A DNA stretch of 64,000 bases. It comes from an uncultured Acidimicrobiales bacterium (GTDB taxonomy: Bacteria > Actinomycetota > Acidimicrobiia > Acidimicrobiales > Aldehydirespiratoraceae). The notes below the pieces were generated by a model. The model searched no databases, was not told where the DNA came from, and saw nothing but the letters and a program-made list of their open reading frames with translations. Position numbers and translations under genes: made by a program. Below are positions 14,394-25,482 of the stretch, in pieces (positions within the stretch are counted from its first letter, which is position 1; every line of letters begins with the position of its first letter). Where the stretch lies: positions 2,723 through 66,722 of the forward strand of contig CAZHMP010000004.1 of the NCBI GenBank assembly GCA_964533595.1, in the 5' to 3' direction.

Positions 14394-14528
14394 AGGCCCG
14401 CCAACCCGCGCTTTCGCCATATCACATTTACAGAAATCTGCGACCGGGCACTGTGCCCGGTCGTGGTGTGTCCGCCTCCCAAACATCTCAAGCAAGGCGC
14501 CGCAGCGGCGCAATCCAAGGAAAGCAAC

Positions 14529-16613
14529 ATGGCCGAAAAGCGCTACCCCCTCAAGCGAACCCGCAACATCGGGATCATGGCCCACATCGACGCGGGCAAG
14601 ACCACAACCACCGAGCGGATTCTGTATTACACCGGCCGGTCATACAAGATCGGCGAGGTCCACGATGGCGCGGCCACGATGGACTGGATGGAGCAGGAGC
14701 AAGAGCGTGGAATCACCATCACCTCAGCCGCAACCCACTGCATCTGGAACGATCATCGGATCAACATCATCGACACGCCCGGCCACGTCGACTTCACCGT
14801 CGAGGTAGAGCGTTCCCTTCGTGTACTTGACGGCGCGGTAGCCGTGTTCGACGGTGTCGCCGGTGTTGAACCGCAGACCGAGACGGTGTGGCGTCAGGCC
14901 GACCGCTATTCGGTCCCGCGAATGTGTTTCGTCAACAAGATGGATCGCACCGGAGCTGATTTCTACTTCGTGCTCGACACCATCAAGGAACGGCTCACCG
15001 AGCGAGTGGCTGTCCTGCAGCTTCCCATCGGTGCCGAGGCCGATTATCAGGGTGTCATCGACTTGGTCAAGATGAAGGCTCTGGTTTGGCACAGCGAAGA
15101 CTTGGGTGCCAGCTGGGACGAAGTTGAGATTCCGGCCGAGCTGGCGGATGACGCCGAGCTCTACCGTGCCGAGTTGCTCGAGGTCGCCGCCGACTACGAC
15201 GAGGATCTCATGATGAAGGTTCTCGAGGATGAGGAAATCTCCGAAGAGCAGCTCAAGGCCGCGATTCGTACGGGAACACTCTCCGGAGATTTGGTTCCGA
15301 TCCTCAATGGCACCGCCTTCAAGAACAAGGGCGTGCAGCCGCTGCTCGATGCGGTTGTTGACTTCCTGCCGTCGCCGCTTGATGTGCCTCCGGTGAAGGG
15401 TGAGGACCCCAAGTCCCACGCCGAACTGGAACGCAAGGCCGACGACGCCGAGCCTTTCGCTGCTTTGGCGTTCAAGATCGCCACCGACCCCCACGTCGGC
15501 CGTCTCACCTTCTTCCGTGTCTACTCGGGTCATCTCGACAAGGGCAGCCAGGTTCTCAATACCCGAACCTTCAACAAGGAGCGCATGGGCCGCATCCTCG
15601 AGATGCACGCCAACGACCGCGTCGACAAGGATTCCGTGTTCACCGGCGACATTGCCGCAGGCATCGGTATCAAGAACACCCGCACGGGCGACACGCTTTG
15701 TGATCCGTCGAAGCCGATCACCTTGGAGAACCTCGACTTCCCCGACCCCGTGATCCACGTGGCCGTTGAGCCCAAGACCAAGTCCGATCAGGAGAAGATG
15801 GGCGTTGCGTTGATGCGCCTTGCCGAGGAGGATCCAACCTTCCAGGTTCGCACCGACGAAGAAACCGCCCAGACGATCATCGCCGGTATGGGCGAACTTC
15901 ACCTCGACGTTCTCGTCGACCGTATGCGACGCGAGTTCAAAGTCGAAGCCACGGTGGGCAAGCCTCAGGTCGCTTACCGCGAAACCATCACCAAGACGAT
16001 TGACGAATTCACCTACACCCACAAGAAGCAGACGGGTGGCACCGGTCAGTTCGCTGTGATCACCGCCACGCTCGAACCCAATCCCGGTAAGGGCTACGAG
16101 TTCGAGAGCAAGATCACGGGCGGATCGATTCCAAAGGAATACATCAAGCCGGTCGGCGAAGGTGTAAGGGAAGCCATGAGTAACGGCGTGCTCGCCGGAT
16201 TCCCCACCGTCGACATGAAAGTCACTCTCGTCGATGGAAAGACTCACGATGTCGACTCATCCGAGATGGCGTTCAAAATCGCGGGTAATGCATGGTTCCG
16301 CGATGTCGCCCCGAAGGCCAAGCCAGTTCTTCTCGAGCCGGTTATGGCCGTGGAAGTTGTCACTCCCGACGATTATCTCGGAGATGTCGTCGGCGACATG
16401 AACTCTCGCCGCGGTCAGGTGCAAGGCACCGAGCAGCGAGGTAACAACCAAGTCGTGGATGCATTGGTGCCACTATCCGAGATGTTCGGATACAGTACCG
16501 ATCTGCGTTCACGCACGCAGGGACGGGCCACGTACACGATGCAATTCGATTCGTACCAGCCCACACCGGCAAATGTTCAAACGGAAATCGTCGCCCGCGT
16601 ACGCGGCGAATGA
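14529..16613 (+). CDS. fusA: Elongation factor G
   Basis: [44 protein letters not shown], 694 aa from ATG 14529. Confidence 0.97.
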   Translation: MAEKRYPLKRTRNIGIMAHIDAGKTTTTERILYYTGRSYKIGEVHDGAATMDWMEQEQERGITITSAATHCIWNDHRINIIDTPGHVDFTVEVERSLRVLDGAVAVFDGVAGVEPQTETVWRQADRYSVPRMCFVNKMDRTGADFYFVLDTIKERLTERVAVLQLPIGAEADYQGVIDLVKMKALVWHSEDLGASWDEVEIPAELADDAELYRAELLEVAADYDEDLMMKVLEDEEISEEQLKAAIRTGTLSGDLVPILNGTAFKNKGVQPLLDAVVDFLPSPLDVPPVKGEDPKSHAELERKADDAEPFAALAFKIATDPHVGRLTFFRVYSGHLDKGSQVLNTRTFNKERMGRILEMHANDRVDKDSVFTGDIAAGIGIKNTRTGDTLCDPSKPITLENLDFPDPVIHVAVEPKTKSDQEKMGVALMRLAEEDPTFQVRTDEETAQTIIAGMGELHLDVLVDRMRREFKVEATVGKPQVAYRETITKTIDEFTYTHKKQTGGTGQFAVITATLEPNPGKGYEFESKITGGSIPKEYIKPVGEGVREAMSNGVLAGFPTVDMKVTLVDGKTHDVDSSEMAFKIAGNAWFRDVAPKAKPVLLEPVMAVEVVTPDDYLGDVVGDMNSRRGQVQGTEQRGNNQVVDALVPLSEMFGYSTDLRSRTQGRATYTMQFDSYQPTPANVQTEIVARVRGE

Positions 16614-16654
16614 TCGTCATTCGGTCTCACACAAGAAGCTAACGAGGAAGAGCA

Positions 16655-17842
16655 ATGGGCAAGGAGCATTTCGATAGGTCGAAGCCCCACGTAAATGTGG
16701 GCACCATGGGCCATATCGACCACGGCAAAACCACACTCACCGCCGCAATCACCAAGGTGCTGGCCGAAAAGGTGGAGGGATCAGCCTTCACCGAATTCGC
16801 CAACATCGACAACGCTCCTGAGGAGCGCGAACGCGGCATCACCATCAACGTGTCCCATGTGGAGTACGAGACACCCAATCGTCACTACGCGCACGTCGAC
16901 ATGCCTGGCCACGCCGACTACATCAAGAACATGATCACCGGGGCCGCTCAGGTCGACGGTGCCATTCTTGTGGTGTCCGCGGCTGATGGTCCCATGCCCC
17001 AGACCCGTGAGCACGTGCTGCTCGCCCGTCAGGTTGGCGTGCCGAAGATCGTTGTTGCGCTCAACAAGACCGACATGGTCGACGACGAGGAACTCCTCGA
17101 ATTGGTCGACATGGAAGTTCGTGAGCTGCTCGACGAGTACGACTTCCCGGGCGACGACACGCCAATCGTTCGCGTGTCCGCTCTGAAGGCTCTCGAGGGA
17201 GACGCCGATGCGGCGGCTGCCATCTTGGAGCTCATGGAGCAGGTGGATGCCTACATCCCGACTCCCGAGCGCGACGTCGACAAGCCTTTCCTCATGCCAA
17301 TCGAGGATGTGTTCTCGATCACCGGTCGTGGCACTGTCGTAACCGGCCGTGTTGAGCAGGGAATCGTCCACACTGGAGACGAGCTGGAGATCGTGGGCAT
17401 CAAGGACACAGGCAAGACCACTTGCACCGGTGTCGAGATGTTCCGCAAGCTGCTTGACGAGGGTCGTGCCGGTGACAACATCGGCGCACTTCTCCGTGGC
17501 ATCGACAAGGACGAGGTCCAGCGTGGCCAGGTGCTGGCCAAGCCCGGCAGCATCACGCCCCACACCGACTTCGAGGCTCAGGTTTACGTGCTGAGCAAGG
17601 ACGAAGGCGGCCGTCACAAGCCGTTCTTCTCCAACTACCGTCCTCAGTTCTACTTCCGCACCACGGATGTCACTGGCACCATCACGTTGCCTGAGGGCAC
17701 CGAGATGTGCATGCCTGGCGACAACACCACCATGAACGTGGAGCTCATCCACCCGATCGCCATGGATGAGGGTCTTCGTTTCGCCATCCGTGAGGGTGGA
17801 CGCACCGTGGGCGCTGGTTCTGTAACCAAGATCACGAAGTAA
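16655..17842 (+). CDS. tuf: Elongation factor Tu
   Basis: [45 protein letters not shown], 395 aa, GAGGAAG SD. Confidence 0.98.
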   Translation: MGKEHFDRSKPHVNVGTMGHIDHGKTTLTAAITKVLAEKVEGSAFTEFANIDNAPEERERGITINVSHVEYETPNRHYAHVDMPGHADYIKNMITGAAQVDGAILVVSAADGPMPQTREHVLLARQVGVPKIVVALNKTDMVDDEELLELVDMEVRELLDEYDFPGDDTPIVRVSALKALEGDADAAAAILELMEQVDAYIPTPERDVDKPFLMPIEDVFSITGRGTVVTGRVEQGIVHTGDELEIVGIKDTGKTTCTGVEMFRKLLDEGRAGDNIGALLRGIDKDEVQRGQVLAKPGSITPHTDFEAQVYVLSKDEGGRHKPFFSNYRPQFYFRTTDVTGTITLPEGTEMCMPGDNTTMNVELIHPIAMDEGLRFAIREGGRTVGAGSVTKITK

Positions 17843-17850
17843 GGCTGACA

Positions 17851-18171
17851 ATGGCTACAGGGCAGAAGATCCGGATCCGGCTGAAGGCCTACGACCACGA
17901 GATCATCGATCAATCGACGAAGAAGATTGTCGAGACGGTCAAGCGGACGAACGCCACGATGTCGGGACCGATCCCGTTGCCGACCGAGAAGCATCGTTTC
18001 ACGGTCGTGAAGGGCCCGTTCAAGGACAAGGACTCGAGGGAACATTTCGAGATGCGCATTCACAAGCGCTTGCTCGACATTCTCGACCCCACTCCCAAGA
18101 CGGTCGACTCGCTGCAGCGTCTTGATCTGCCGGCCGGCGTCGATATCGAAATCAAGATCCAGCAGAGCTGA
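17851..18171 (+). CDS. rpsJ: 30S ribosomal protein S10
   Basis: [18 protein letters not shown]...[35 protein letters not shown]. Confidence 0.97.
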   Translation: MATGQKIRIRLKAYDHEIIDQSTKKIVETVKRTNATMSGPIPLPTEKHRFTVVKGPFKDKDSREHFEMRIHKRLLDILDPTPKTVDSLQRLDLPAGVDIEIKIQQS

Positions 18172-18247
18172 GATCGTTTCGATCAACGATCATTGATCGG
18201 CGCTGCGTCGCCGAATGTGCTCACACCGATTGCGTGTTCGTACATGA

Positions 18248-18276
18248 AAAGAGCCCCGGGCATCGCCCGGGGCTCT
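18248..18276. terminator. GC-rich hairpin, possible bidirectional terminator
   Basis: AAGAGCCCCGGGC-ATC-GCCCGGGGCTCTT, a 12-13 bp stem, 77 nt after the rpsJ stop. The A-tract is on the + side, so the U-tract (CUUUUC) follows the hairpin on the minus strand. Confidence 0.5.
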
Positions 18277-18551
18277 TGCGCGTCATGTGGCCCCAGGCCG
18301 ATTCAGCATGTGGCGGTGATGGTAAAGGGCAGGTCCATGTAGACAGCGGGTTTGCTGCCGTCGGTGCTGGTCAGGTCGTGGGTGGCTCAGATGGGGCTTT
18401 CGGCCCATCCCGATATTGACCATGGTGAGTTCGAACGGTGGGACAATCGGCCCTGTCTTGGTGACCCTGGTCCGTTGGCCTTCAAGTCGTTGGCTCAATG
18501 GAGTCGATGAATTGGTGATCTCGCAATGAGGTCGATTGATCGGAGGATCCG

Positions 18552-19241
18552 ATGACGATTCGAGTTTTTCTCCTGGACGACCACGAGTTGGTACGTGAAG
18601 GGCTCAAGGCCGTGCTCGGCCGCGAAGACGACATCGAGGTGGTCGGTGAGGCCGGTACAGCCGTCGACGGTCTTCGACAGATAATTGCGACGCGCCCAGA
18701 CGTGGCTTTGTTGGACCTGATGCTTCCCGATGGCGATGGTCTCGATGTGTGTCGAGCGGTGATGGACAACACAGACGGAGTTGCGTGCCTGATCCTCACG
18801 TCCTACTCCGACGACGACGTGTTGCTCGGGGCCATCCAAGCCGAAGCCTCGGGATTCTTGATGAAGCGCGCCGAAGGTGGAGAGTTGGTTAGGTCAATTC
18901 GTGTGATCGCCAAAGGCGGAACGCTCATCGACCCGGCTCTCACCAAGCGAATCTTGGATCGCGTCCGCGGTGGCGCGTCGCCCAAGCGAGACGGATCGGC
19001 CCTCGACAATCTCAGTCCACAAGAACGCCGTCTGCTTGACCATCTGTCCGAGGGTCTGACGAACCGACAAATCGCAGCTCGGATGAACTTGGCAGAAAAG
19101 ACCGTGAAGAACTATGTGTCGAATCTGCTTCGAAAGTTGAACATGAGTAGCCGTACCGAAGCGGCGGTCTATTTCACAAGTATTCGAGTCGACCGTAATC
19201 GCAGAAGTCGACTGGTCGACACGGCAACCATGTCGGCTTGA
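18552..19241 (+). CDS. NarL/LuxR-family response regulator (REC + HTH), no adjacent kinase
   Basis: REC residues LLDDHELV...DVALLDLMLPDGDG...LTSY and C-terminal LuxR HTH LSPQERRLLDHLSEGLTNRQIAARMNLAEKTVKNYVSNLLRKL. GGAGGA SD. Confidence 0.9.
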   Translation: MTIRVFLLDDHELVREGLKAVLGREDDIEVVGEAGTAVDGLRQIIATRPDVALLDLMLPDGDGLDVCRAVMDNTDGVACLILTSYSDDDVLLGAIQAEASGFLMKRAEGGELVRSIRVIAKGGTLIDPALTKRILDRVRGGASPKRDGSALDNLSPQERRLLDHLSEGLTNRQIAARMNLAEKTVKNYVSNLLRKLNMSSRTEAAVYFTSIRVDRNRRSRLVDTATMSA

Positions 19242-19277
19242 CCCGGCCAGACATTCGTCGGCAGGGCTTTCCTGTAT

Positions 19278-20420
19278 TCACGGAGTGCGGTGATCGTCGG
19301 GTAGATGTTTGTTGCGCTGTCGACCTCGACGTCTGGCGCTCTCGGCCAGAGTCTCCTCCTCGATCTCGTGGTGACTGCGATATCCGGACACGAATCCCTG
19401 CGCGGTAGCTGTGAATGGAAGAGCCAGCAGTGCTCCGACCACGCCGAGAAGAGCGCTGCCGATCAACACGGCGGCAAACGCGACGGCAACGTGAATTTCC
19501 ATTGTGCGGGCGGTGATCTTTGGCGCGAAGAAGTAGTTTTCGATCTGCTGGTAGATGATGATCATCACGAGTGCCCACAATCCCTCGCTGGGCTTGTCTA
19601 TTACTGCGATGAGTACTGGAAGGGCGCCGGCGAAGTAGGTGCCGATGACGGGAATGAACTGCGACACGACTCCGACCCATAGGGCCAACGGCAGTGGAAA
19701 TGGCACACCGATGATGGAAAACACAATCCAGTGGGACAGTGCTGAAAGGATCGCAAGTATCGAGCGGCTGTAGATGTAGCCGCCGGTCTTTTCGATGGCC
19801 AGGTCCCAGATCGCCAACACTGTTTCCTGTCGTTCTGGTTCGAGAAATGAGCAGATCGTTCTGCGAAATTTGGGTCCCTCCGCCACCATGTAGAAAACGA
19901 ACAACATCACGGTGAACGCCTGAAACAGAATTCCGAGGACGAACGTGCCCAGCCCGACGATGTTGTTGGCGAACGTGCCGGCGTATCCCTGAATCCCACC
20001 ACCGGTGACGAACTCGTTTCGGATCTGGTCGAAATCGACGTGGGTGTTGAAGTTTCTGAATATCCACGCGTCGATGTCGTCGAGATAGCCAGGCACCTGA
20101 TCGACAAAGTCGGTGATCTGCGTGGAGAGCGCGGCGCCAACCGCAACTGAAAATCCAGCTATGAAAGCAATGACCGACAGGAACACCAAGCCCGTGCCCA
20201 AGCCTCGGCGAATTCCCCATCTCTCCAGTCGGTTGACCGCTGGTTCGATGGCAAAGGAAATGAACAGTGAGATCAGAACCACCAAGATGAACGAGCGAAG
20301 GGCTCGTACCATCCCGGTGCCGATGTAGACGGCCACCCAACCGAGCCAAAACAACGCTATTGCCTTGACTACCCAGGGCGGAATCTTGGTGCCGGAGGGC
20401 GCCTGGTCCATCATTGCCAT
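19278..20420 (-). CDS. AI-2E family (PerM/UPF0118) transporter
   Basis: 380 aa polytopic membrane protein. Pattern: ~8 TM, LxxFxxxIEK, PFPLPLALWVGVVSQFIPVIGTYF, ALPFTATAQGF. Family assignment is from memory of this pattern. Confidence 0.7.
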   Translation of the reverse strand: MAMMDQAPSGTKIPPWVVKAIALFWLGWVAVYIGTGMVRALRSFILVVLISLFISFAIEPAVNRLERWGIRRGLGTGLVFLSVIAFIAGFSVAVGAALSTQITDFVDQVPGYLDDIDAWIFRNFNTHVDFDQIRNEFVTGGGIQGYAGTFANNIVGLGTFVLGILFQAFTVMLFVFYMVAEGPKFRRTICSFLEPERQETVLAIWDLAIEKTGGYIYSRSILAILSALSHWIVFSIIGVPFPLPLALWVGVVSQFIPVIGTYFAGALPVLIAVIDKPSEGLWALVMIIIYQQIENYFFAPKITARTMEIHVAVAFAAVLIGSALLGVVGALLALPFTATAQGFVSGYRSHHEIEEETLAESARRRGRQRNKHLPDDHRTP

Positions 20421-20652
20421 TGGGCCGCGACGCTAGTTGTGATGTGAAACAGAGAAGCGGACCCTGGTTGGTGCCAATGGATCGGCCCGCTACCATGACA
20501 CCTCGCCTGACCGGTCCGTCCGGTTGGCGAAACTGAAGTCCGCGAAGGCCTCCGGGAACCACACGGCAAAACCGAACGACGCTCCGCCAGCTTGCCTGTG
20601 CGGAGCGTTCGCGTGAGCAGATGCCCACGCATCACGACCACAGGAAGCAACC

Positions 20653-21291
20653 ATGGCCACCAAGGCGATAGTCGGCGAGAAAGTCGGCATGACGCAGGTA
20701 TGGGATGAAGAGAACCGCATCGTCCCGGTAACGGTCCTACGCGTGTCGCCGTGTCGAGTCGTGCAGGTGAAGACACCTGAACACGACGGCTACAGCGCCA
20801 TCCAAGTCACGATTGGCGTGCGGGACGAATCAAAGTTCTCCCGGCCGGAGGCCGGACATTTCTCCAAAGCGGGCGTCGAACCGGGCCACAAGCTCGTTGA
20901 GCTACGCCTCGACGATGTGAGCGAATTCTCGGTCGGTCAGGAGATATCTGCCGACCTTCTGACGCAGGGCGAGCTGGTGGACGTCACCGCCGTCTCGCGT
21001 GGCAAGGGATTCGCCGGTGCGATGAAGCGCCACGGTTTCGGAGGTGCACCTGCATCGCACGGCGCCCACCGCAACCATCGCAAGCCGGGATCGGTCGGGC
21101 AGTGCGCCACACCGTCTCGCGTGTTTCGGGGCAAGAAACTCCCGGGTCGAATGGGAGCTTCGAAGGTCACCACACTCAACCTGGTGGTCGTCAAGTCTGA
21201 TCCCGAGGCCCAAGTTCTGCTGGTCAGAGGCTCGGTGCCCGGTCCTCAAGGCGGCACCGTGGTGATTCGCAACGCCGTGAAGGGAAACTGA
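20653..21291 (+). CDS. rplC: 50S ribosomal protein L3
   Basis: KAIVGEKVGMTQVWDEENRIVPVTVL...SRGKGFAGAMKRHGFGG. Confidence 0.97.
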   Translation: MATKAIVGEKVGMTQVWDEENRIVPVTVLRVSPCRVVQVKTPEHDGYSAIQVTIGVRDESKFSRPEAGHFSKAGVEPGHKLVELRLDDVSEFSVGQEISADLLTQGELVDVTAVSRGKGFAGAMKRHGFGGAPASHGAHRNHRKPGSVGQCATPSRVFRGKKLPGRMGASKVTTLNLVVVKSDPEAQVLLVRGSVPGPQGGTVVIRNAVKGN

Positions 21292-21292
21292 C

Positions 21293-21907
21293 ATGGGCAA
21301 CGTTTCTGTCAAGAATCAGGCCGGCGCCGATGCCGGCAGTGTCGAACTGTCTGAAGAGTATTTCGGCGTCGAACCCAACATGCCGGTGCTGCATCAAGTT
21401 GTCACCGCCCAGTTGGCAGCGCGTCGTGCCGGCACCCACAGCACCAAGACTCGTGCTCAGGTGCGCGGTGGCGGTGCCAAGCCTTGGCGCCAGAAGGGAA
21501 CCGGTCGAGCTCGTCAGGGTTCAATCCGCTCGCCCCAGTGGCGTGGCGGTGGCGTGGCCCACGGCCCGCACCCTCGCGATTACAGCCAGAAGACCCCCAA
21601 GAAGATGATACGTCTGGCGCTTCGGTCAGCGCTTTCCGATCGTGCCGCCGACGACAAAGTAGTGGTCGTCGATTCATGGTCGTTCGAGGGCCCCAAGACC
21701 AGCGATGCCGTCAAGGCTCTGGAGGCCATCGGTGTGGAGGGCAAGGTCCTCATGGTTCTTGCCGACACCGACGCGAACGCCTGGCTGAGCTTCCGAAACC
21801 TTCCAATGGTTCATTGCCTGGCTCCGGATGAGCTCAACACGTACGACGTCATCAACAGCGATTTCGTCGTGTTCACCAAAGAGACCTTGCCTGGAGGTGT
21901 TTCCTGA
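21293..21907 (+). CDS. rplD: 50S ribosomal protein L4
   Basis: [57 protein letters not shown]. Confidence 0.97.
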   Translation: MGNVSVKNQAGADAGSVELSEEYFGVEPNMPVLHQVVTAQLAARRAGTHSTKTRAQVRGGGAKPWRQKGTGRARQGSIRSPQWRGGGVAHGPHPRDYSQKTPKKMIRLALRSALSDRAADDKVVVVDSWSFEGPKTSDAVKALEAIGVEGKVLMVLADTDANAWLSFRNLPMVHCLAPDELNTYDVINSDFVVFTKETLPGGVS

Positions 21908-22197
21908 TGAAGGACGCCCGCGATGTGATCATTCGGCCAGTCGTGTCGGAGAAGTCCTATGGACTGCTCGAGGCCAACACCTACACGTTTGTCGTCGCCT
22001 CCAAGGCATCCAAGCCGGAGATTCGTGACGCCGTCGAGTCGATCTTCGATGTCACCGTTCTCAACGTCAACACGCTCAACCGCAAGGGAAAGCGAATCCG
22101 CAACCGCCGCACCGGCAGTTACGGAAAGCGCCCTGACCAGAAGCGAGCCCTAGTCACTCTTGCCGAGGGTGACTCGATCGAACTCTTCGAGGCCTGA
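21907..22197 (+). CDS. rplW: 50S ribosomal protein L23
   Basis: [13 protein letters not shown]...YTFVV...[24 protein letters not shown] overlaps the rplD stop. Confidence 0.95.
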   Translation: MKDARDVIIRPVVSEKSYGLLEANTYTFVVASKASKPEIRDAVESIFDVTVLNVNTLNRKGKRIRNRRTGSYGKRPDQKRALVTLAEGDSIELFEA

Positions 22198-22200
22198 CCC

Positions 22201-23037
22201 ATGGCAATTCGTAAGCGCAAGCCAACCAGTCCGGGTCGCAGGTTCCAGACCTCGTCCGACTTTTCAGAGATCACCAAGTCGAACCCGGAGCGCAGTCTGC
22301 TGGCCCCGAAGTCGGGCACCGGCGGTCGCAACAATCTGGGCCGCATGACCTCGAGGCATCGTGGTGGCGGACACAAGCAGCGTTACCGCGTCATCGACTT
22401 CGATCGCTCCAAGGACGGAGTGCCGGCATCGGTCGCAGCTATTGAGTACGACCCCAATCGCACATGTCGAATTGCTCTGCTCCACTACCACGACGGAGAG
22501 AAGCGCTACATCCTTGCGCCTCGCGATCTCAAGGTCGGCGACGTTCTCAATTCAGGCCGCAATGCGGAGATCCGCCCGGGCAATGCGCTGCCGCTTCGTT
22601 ACATCCCGGTCGGTACCACCATCCACAACGTGGAATTGAAGGCGGGCGCGGGAGCCAAGATGGCTCGTAGTGCCGGTGTCAGCATCCAACTGGTCGCGAA
22701 GGAAGGCGATTTCGCCACCCTTCGTTTGCCCAGTTCGGAAATGCGACGTGTTCCGATCGATTGCCGAGCCACTGTCGGCGAAGTCGGCAACTCCGAGCAC
22801 GAACTCGTGAAGATCGGCAAGGCAGGCCGCAACCGCTGGAAGGGCGTTCGCCCCCAGTCGCGTGGCGTTGTGATGAACCCGGTCGACCATCCACATGGTG
22901 GTGGCGAAGGCAAGACTTCGGGTGGACGTCATCCAGTCTCCCCATGGGGTAAGCCCGAGGGCCGCACCCGCAAACAGAAACAAGATTCCGACAAGCTGAT
23001 CGTGCGCCGTCGCCGGACGCGCGGGTCGCGGAGGTAA
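22201..23037 (+). CDS. rplB: 50S ribosomal protein L2
   Basis: [15 protein letters not shown]...[13 protein letters not shown]...[25 protein letters not shown]. Confidence 0.98.
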   Translation: MAIRKRKPTSPGRRFQTSSDFSEITKSNPERSLLAPKSGTGGRNNLGRMTSRHRGGGHKQRYRVIDFDRSKDGVPASVAAIEYDPNRTCRIALLHYHDGEKRYILAPRDLKVGDVLNSGRNAEIRPGNALPLRYIPVGTTIHNVELKAGAGAKMARSAGVSIQLVAKEGDFATLRLPSSEMRRVPIDCRATVGEVGNSEHELVKIGKAGRNRWKGVRPQSRGVVMNPVDHPHGGGEGKTSGGRHPVSPWGKPEGRTRKQKQDSDKLIVRRRRTRGSRR

Positions 23038-23042
23038 CGAGA

Positions 23043-23321
23043 ATGCCACGCAGTCTCAAGAAGGGCCCGTTCGTCGACGACCATCTTCTCAAGAAGGTCG
23101 ATGCACTCAACGAGGCTGGTGAGAAGAAGGTCATCAAGACCTGGTCTCGCCGATCCACCATCATCCCCGACATGGTGGGGCACACCCTTGCCGTTCACGA
23201 TGGGCGCAAGCATGTCCCGGTTTACGTAACCGAGTCGATGGTTGGGCACAAGCTCGGTGAGTTTGCCCCCACACGCACCTTCCGGTTCCATGCCGGACAG
23301 GAGCGGGGAGCTCGTCGCTGA
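23043..23321 (+). CDS. rpsS: 30S ribosomal protein S19
   Basis: [19 protein letters not shown]...[32 protein letters not shown]. Confidence 0.97.
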   Translation: MPRSLKKGPFVDDHLLKKVDALNEAGEKKVIKTWSRRSTIIPDMVGHTLAVHDGRKHVPVYVTESMVGHKLGEFAPTRTFRFHAGQERGARR

Positions 23322-24151
23322 TGACCGCCGCCAAGACCAACGAACGCCCGGGCACTCGCGCCAAGGCCAGCCACATCCACACGTCGGCCTACAAGGCACG
23401 TGAAATTCTCGATCTCATTCGTGGCAAGAGCTACGCCGAGGCTTCCGAGATCCTCGACTTCTCTGAGCGTGGTATCGCCCACGAGATCAAGAAGGTTCTC
23501 GACTCGGCCGTCGCCAACGCAGAACACAACGACAGTCAGATTGCCGAAGAGCTTTTCGTTTCGGCGTGTTACGCCGATGAAGGCCCGACGCTCAAGCGTT
23601 TCCGGCCACGTGCTCGTGGACGCGCCAGTCGCATCCGCAAGCGCACCTGTCACATCACGGTGATCGTGGGTCGCCTGGACGAAGCCAAGCTCGAAGTGTT
23701 GCGCGAACGCGAGACCGCAGCTGGTCGCTCCAGCACCGCTCAGGCAGCCGGCGCACGTCGCAATCGGGTGGAGCGTTCGAAGGCTCGTGCCGAGGCCAAG
23801 GCAGCCGAGGCCGAACACGACCACGACCACGAGGATCAAGACGACGAGGCTGCGAGCCAATCCGATGCGGTTGGTGGAGACGACGATCTCGAGCTCAACC
23901 CGGACGGCCCGTACGGTGCGATGAGTGCGGTCCCGCTCGACGACGGTTCTGCCCCTGACGGTTTCGAAATCAAGGGCAACGCCGACTCGATGAAGTACCA
24001 CATGCCAGACGGGCGTTGGTACGAAAAGACAGTCGCCGAGGTCTACTTCGCCACCGCAGAGGCGGCAGAAGTGGCCGGCTTCACCGAGGCCGGTACCAAG
24101 GCCGTTTCCGACACCGCTGACAGCAGCGACGACACTGACGAGGAAAGCTGA
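23321..24151 (+). CDS. rplV: 50S ribosomal protein L22 with ~155-aa C-terminal extension
   Basis: The L22 core ([14 protein letters not shown]...[24 protein letters not shown]) ends near aa 120. It is followed by an acidic/His-rich linker and an IKGN...YH.P...Y module. Confidence 0.93.
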   Translation: MTAAKTNERPGTRAKASHIHTSAYKAREILDLIRGKSYAEASEILDFSERGIAHEIKKVLDSAVANAEHNDSQIAEELFVSACYADEGPTLKRFRPRARGRASRIRKRTCHITVIVGRLDEAKLEVLRERETAAGRSSTAQAAGARRNRVERSKARAEAKAAEAEHDHDHEDQDDEAASQSDAVGGDDDLELNPDGPYGAMSAVPLDDGSAPDGFEIKGNADSMKYHMPDGRWYEKTVAEVYFATAEAAEVAGFTEAGTKAVSDTADSSDDTDEES

Positions 24152-25056
24152 TGGGACAGAAGGTAAACCCCTACGGCTTCCGCCTGGGTATAACGACCGA
24201 GTGGAAGAGCCGCTGGTTCGCTGACCGCCAGGAATACGCCGACAACGTGATCGAGGATCATCGGATCCGCGAGTATCTCTTCAATGAGCTTCCCCATGCG
24301 GCCATCAGCCGTGTTGAGGTGGAGCGCACCCGAGACCGTCTCCGGGTCGACGTTCACACTGCCCGTCCGGGCATCGTGATCGGCCGTCGCGGCGCCGAAG
24401 CAGATCGTCTTCGCGGCTATCTCGGCGACATGACCGGCAACGCCAAGGTGCAGCTCAATATCCAGGAGATAAAGCAGCCAGAGCTCGATGCCGCTCTGAT
24501 CGCACAGGGCATCGCCGATCAGTTGGCCGGCCGTGTTGCATTCCGGCGCGCGATGAAGCGCGCCGTGCAGAACGCTCAGAAGGCCGGCGCACTCGGTATT
24601 CGGGTTCAGTGCTCGGGTCGTCTCGGCGGGTCGGAGATGGCACGCACCGAGTGGTACCGCGAGGGCCGCGTTCCGCTGCACACCCTTCGCGCTGAGATCG
24701 ATTACGGATTCCGTGAGGCCAAGACCACCTACGGACGAATCGGGGTGAAGGTGTGGCTCTACAAGGGCGACATTCTCCCCTACAAGAGCACCGCCGACGA
24801 CAAGGCTGCCCTCGAGGCGGCGATGGCTGTTGGCGAGACATCGGGTCAGGCCAAGCCACGCAAGGTCGTTTCGTCGGCCGCAGCTCGTAGCCGAGCCGCT
24901 GCGGCGGATGCCGCCGAAACCGACGCCGATGCTCCGGCTCCGTTGATCAAGGAAGCCGATCCTGCATTCGAAAAGCTCCTCGACGAGGAAGATGCCATCG
25001 AGGCGTCCACCCGCGAGCAGAGCGAAACGCCCCATTTCCGCCCGGGACAGGACTGA
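24151..25056 (+). CDS. rpsC: 30S ribosomal protein S3 with ~85-aa C-terminal extension
   Basis: [24 protein letters not shown]...KH domain...[12 protein letters not shown]. 301 aa. Confidence 0.96.
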   Translation: MGQKVNPYGFRLGITTEWKSRWFADRQEYADNVIEDHRIREYLFNELPHAAISRVEVERTRDRLRVDVHTARPGIVIGRRGAEADRLRGYLGDMTGNAKVQLNIQEIKQPELDAALIAQGIADQLAGRVAFRRAMKRAVQNAQKAGALGIRVQCSGRLGGSEMARTEWYREGRVPLHTLRAEIDYGFREAKTTYGRIGVKVWLYKGDILPYKSTADDKAALEAAMAVGETSGQAKPRKVVSSAAARSRAAAADAAETDADAPAPLIKEADPAFEKLLDEEDAIEASTREQSETPHFRPGQD

Positions 25057-25065
25057 GGTTCCACC

Positions 25066-25482
25066 ATGTTGATGCCTCGTAAGGTCAAGTATCGCAAGCA
25101 GCACCGCGGGCGCACCCGTGGTGTGTCCAAGGGTCGCACCGAAGTCACCTATGGCGACTATGGCATTCAGGCCCTCGAGCCGGGCTGGATAACTGCCCGT
25201 CAGATCGAGGCAGCTCGTATTGCCATGACCCGCCACATCAAGCGTGGTGGCAAGGTCTGGATAAACGTGTTCCCCGACAAGCCCGTCACCAACAAGCCGG
25301 CCGAAACTCGTATGGGTTCCGGCAAGGGCAATCCGGAGCACTGGGTGGCTGTTGTGCGCCCGGGCCGGATCATGTTCGAGCTCTCCTATGGCGATGAGGA
25401 AATTGCTCGTGGAGCAATCGACCGCGCCATTCAGAAGCTGCCGATCAAGGCACGTTTCGTGAGCCGTGAGGAGTCGTTCTGA
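25066..25482 (+). CDS. rplP: 50S ribosomal protein L16
   Basis: [19 protein letters not shown]...[32 protein letters not shown]. Confidence 0.97.
   Translation: MLMPRKVKYRKQHRGRTRGVSKGRTEVTYGDYGIQALEPGWITARQIEAARIAMTRHIKRGGKVWINVFPDKPVTNKPAETRMGSGKGNPEHWVAVVRPGRIMFELSYGDEEIARGAIDRAIQKLPIKARFVSREESF

Noticed and set aside
20421-20652. Imperfect hairpin (CGCTCCGC...GCGGAGCG) upstream of rplC, considered as an S10-leader/L4 attenuator analogue.
   Set aside because: It has only an 8-bp core stem with no resemblance I can verify to the enterobacterial S10 leader. It is retained only as context in the S10-split finding.
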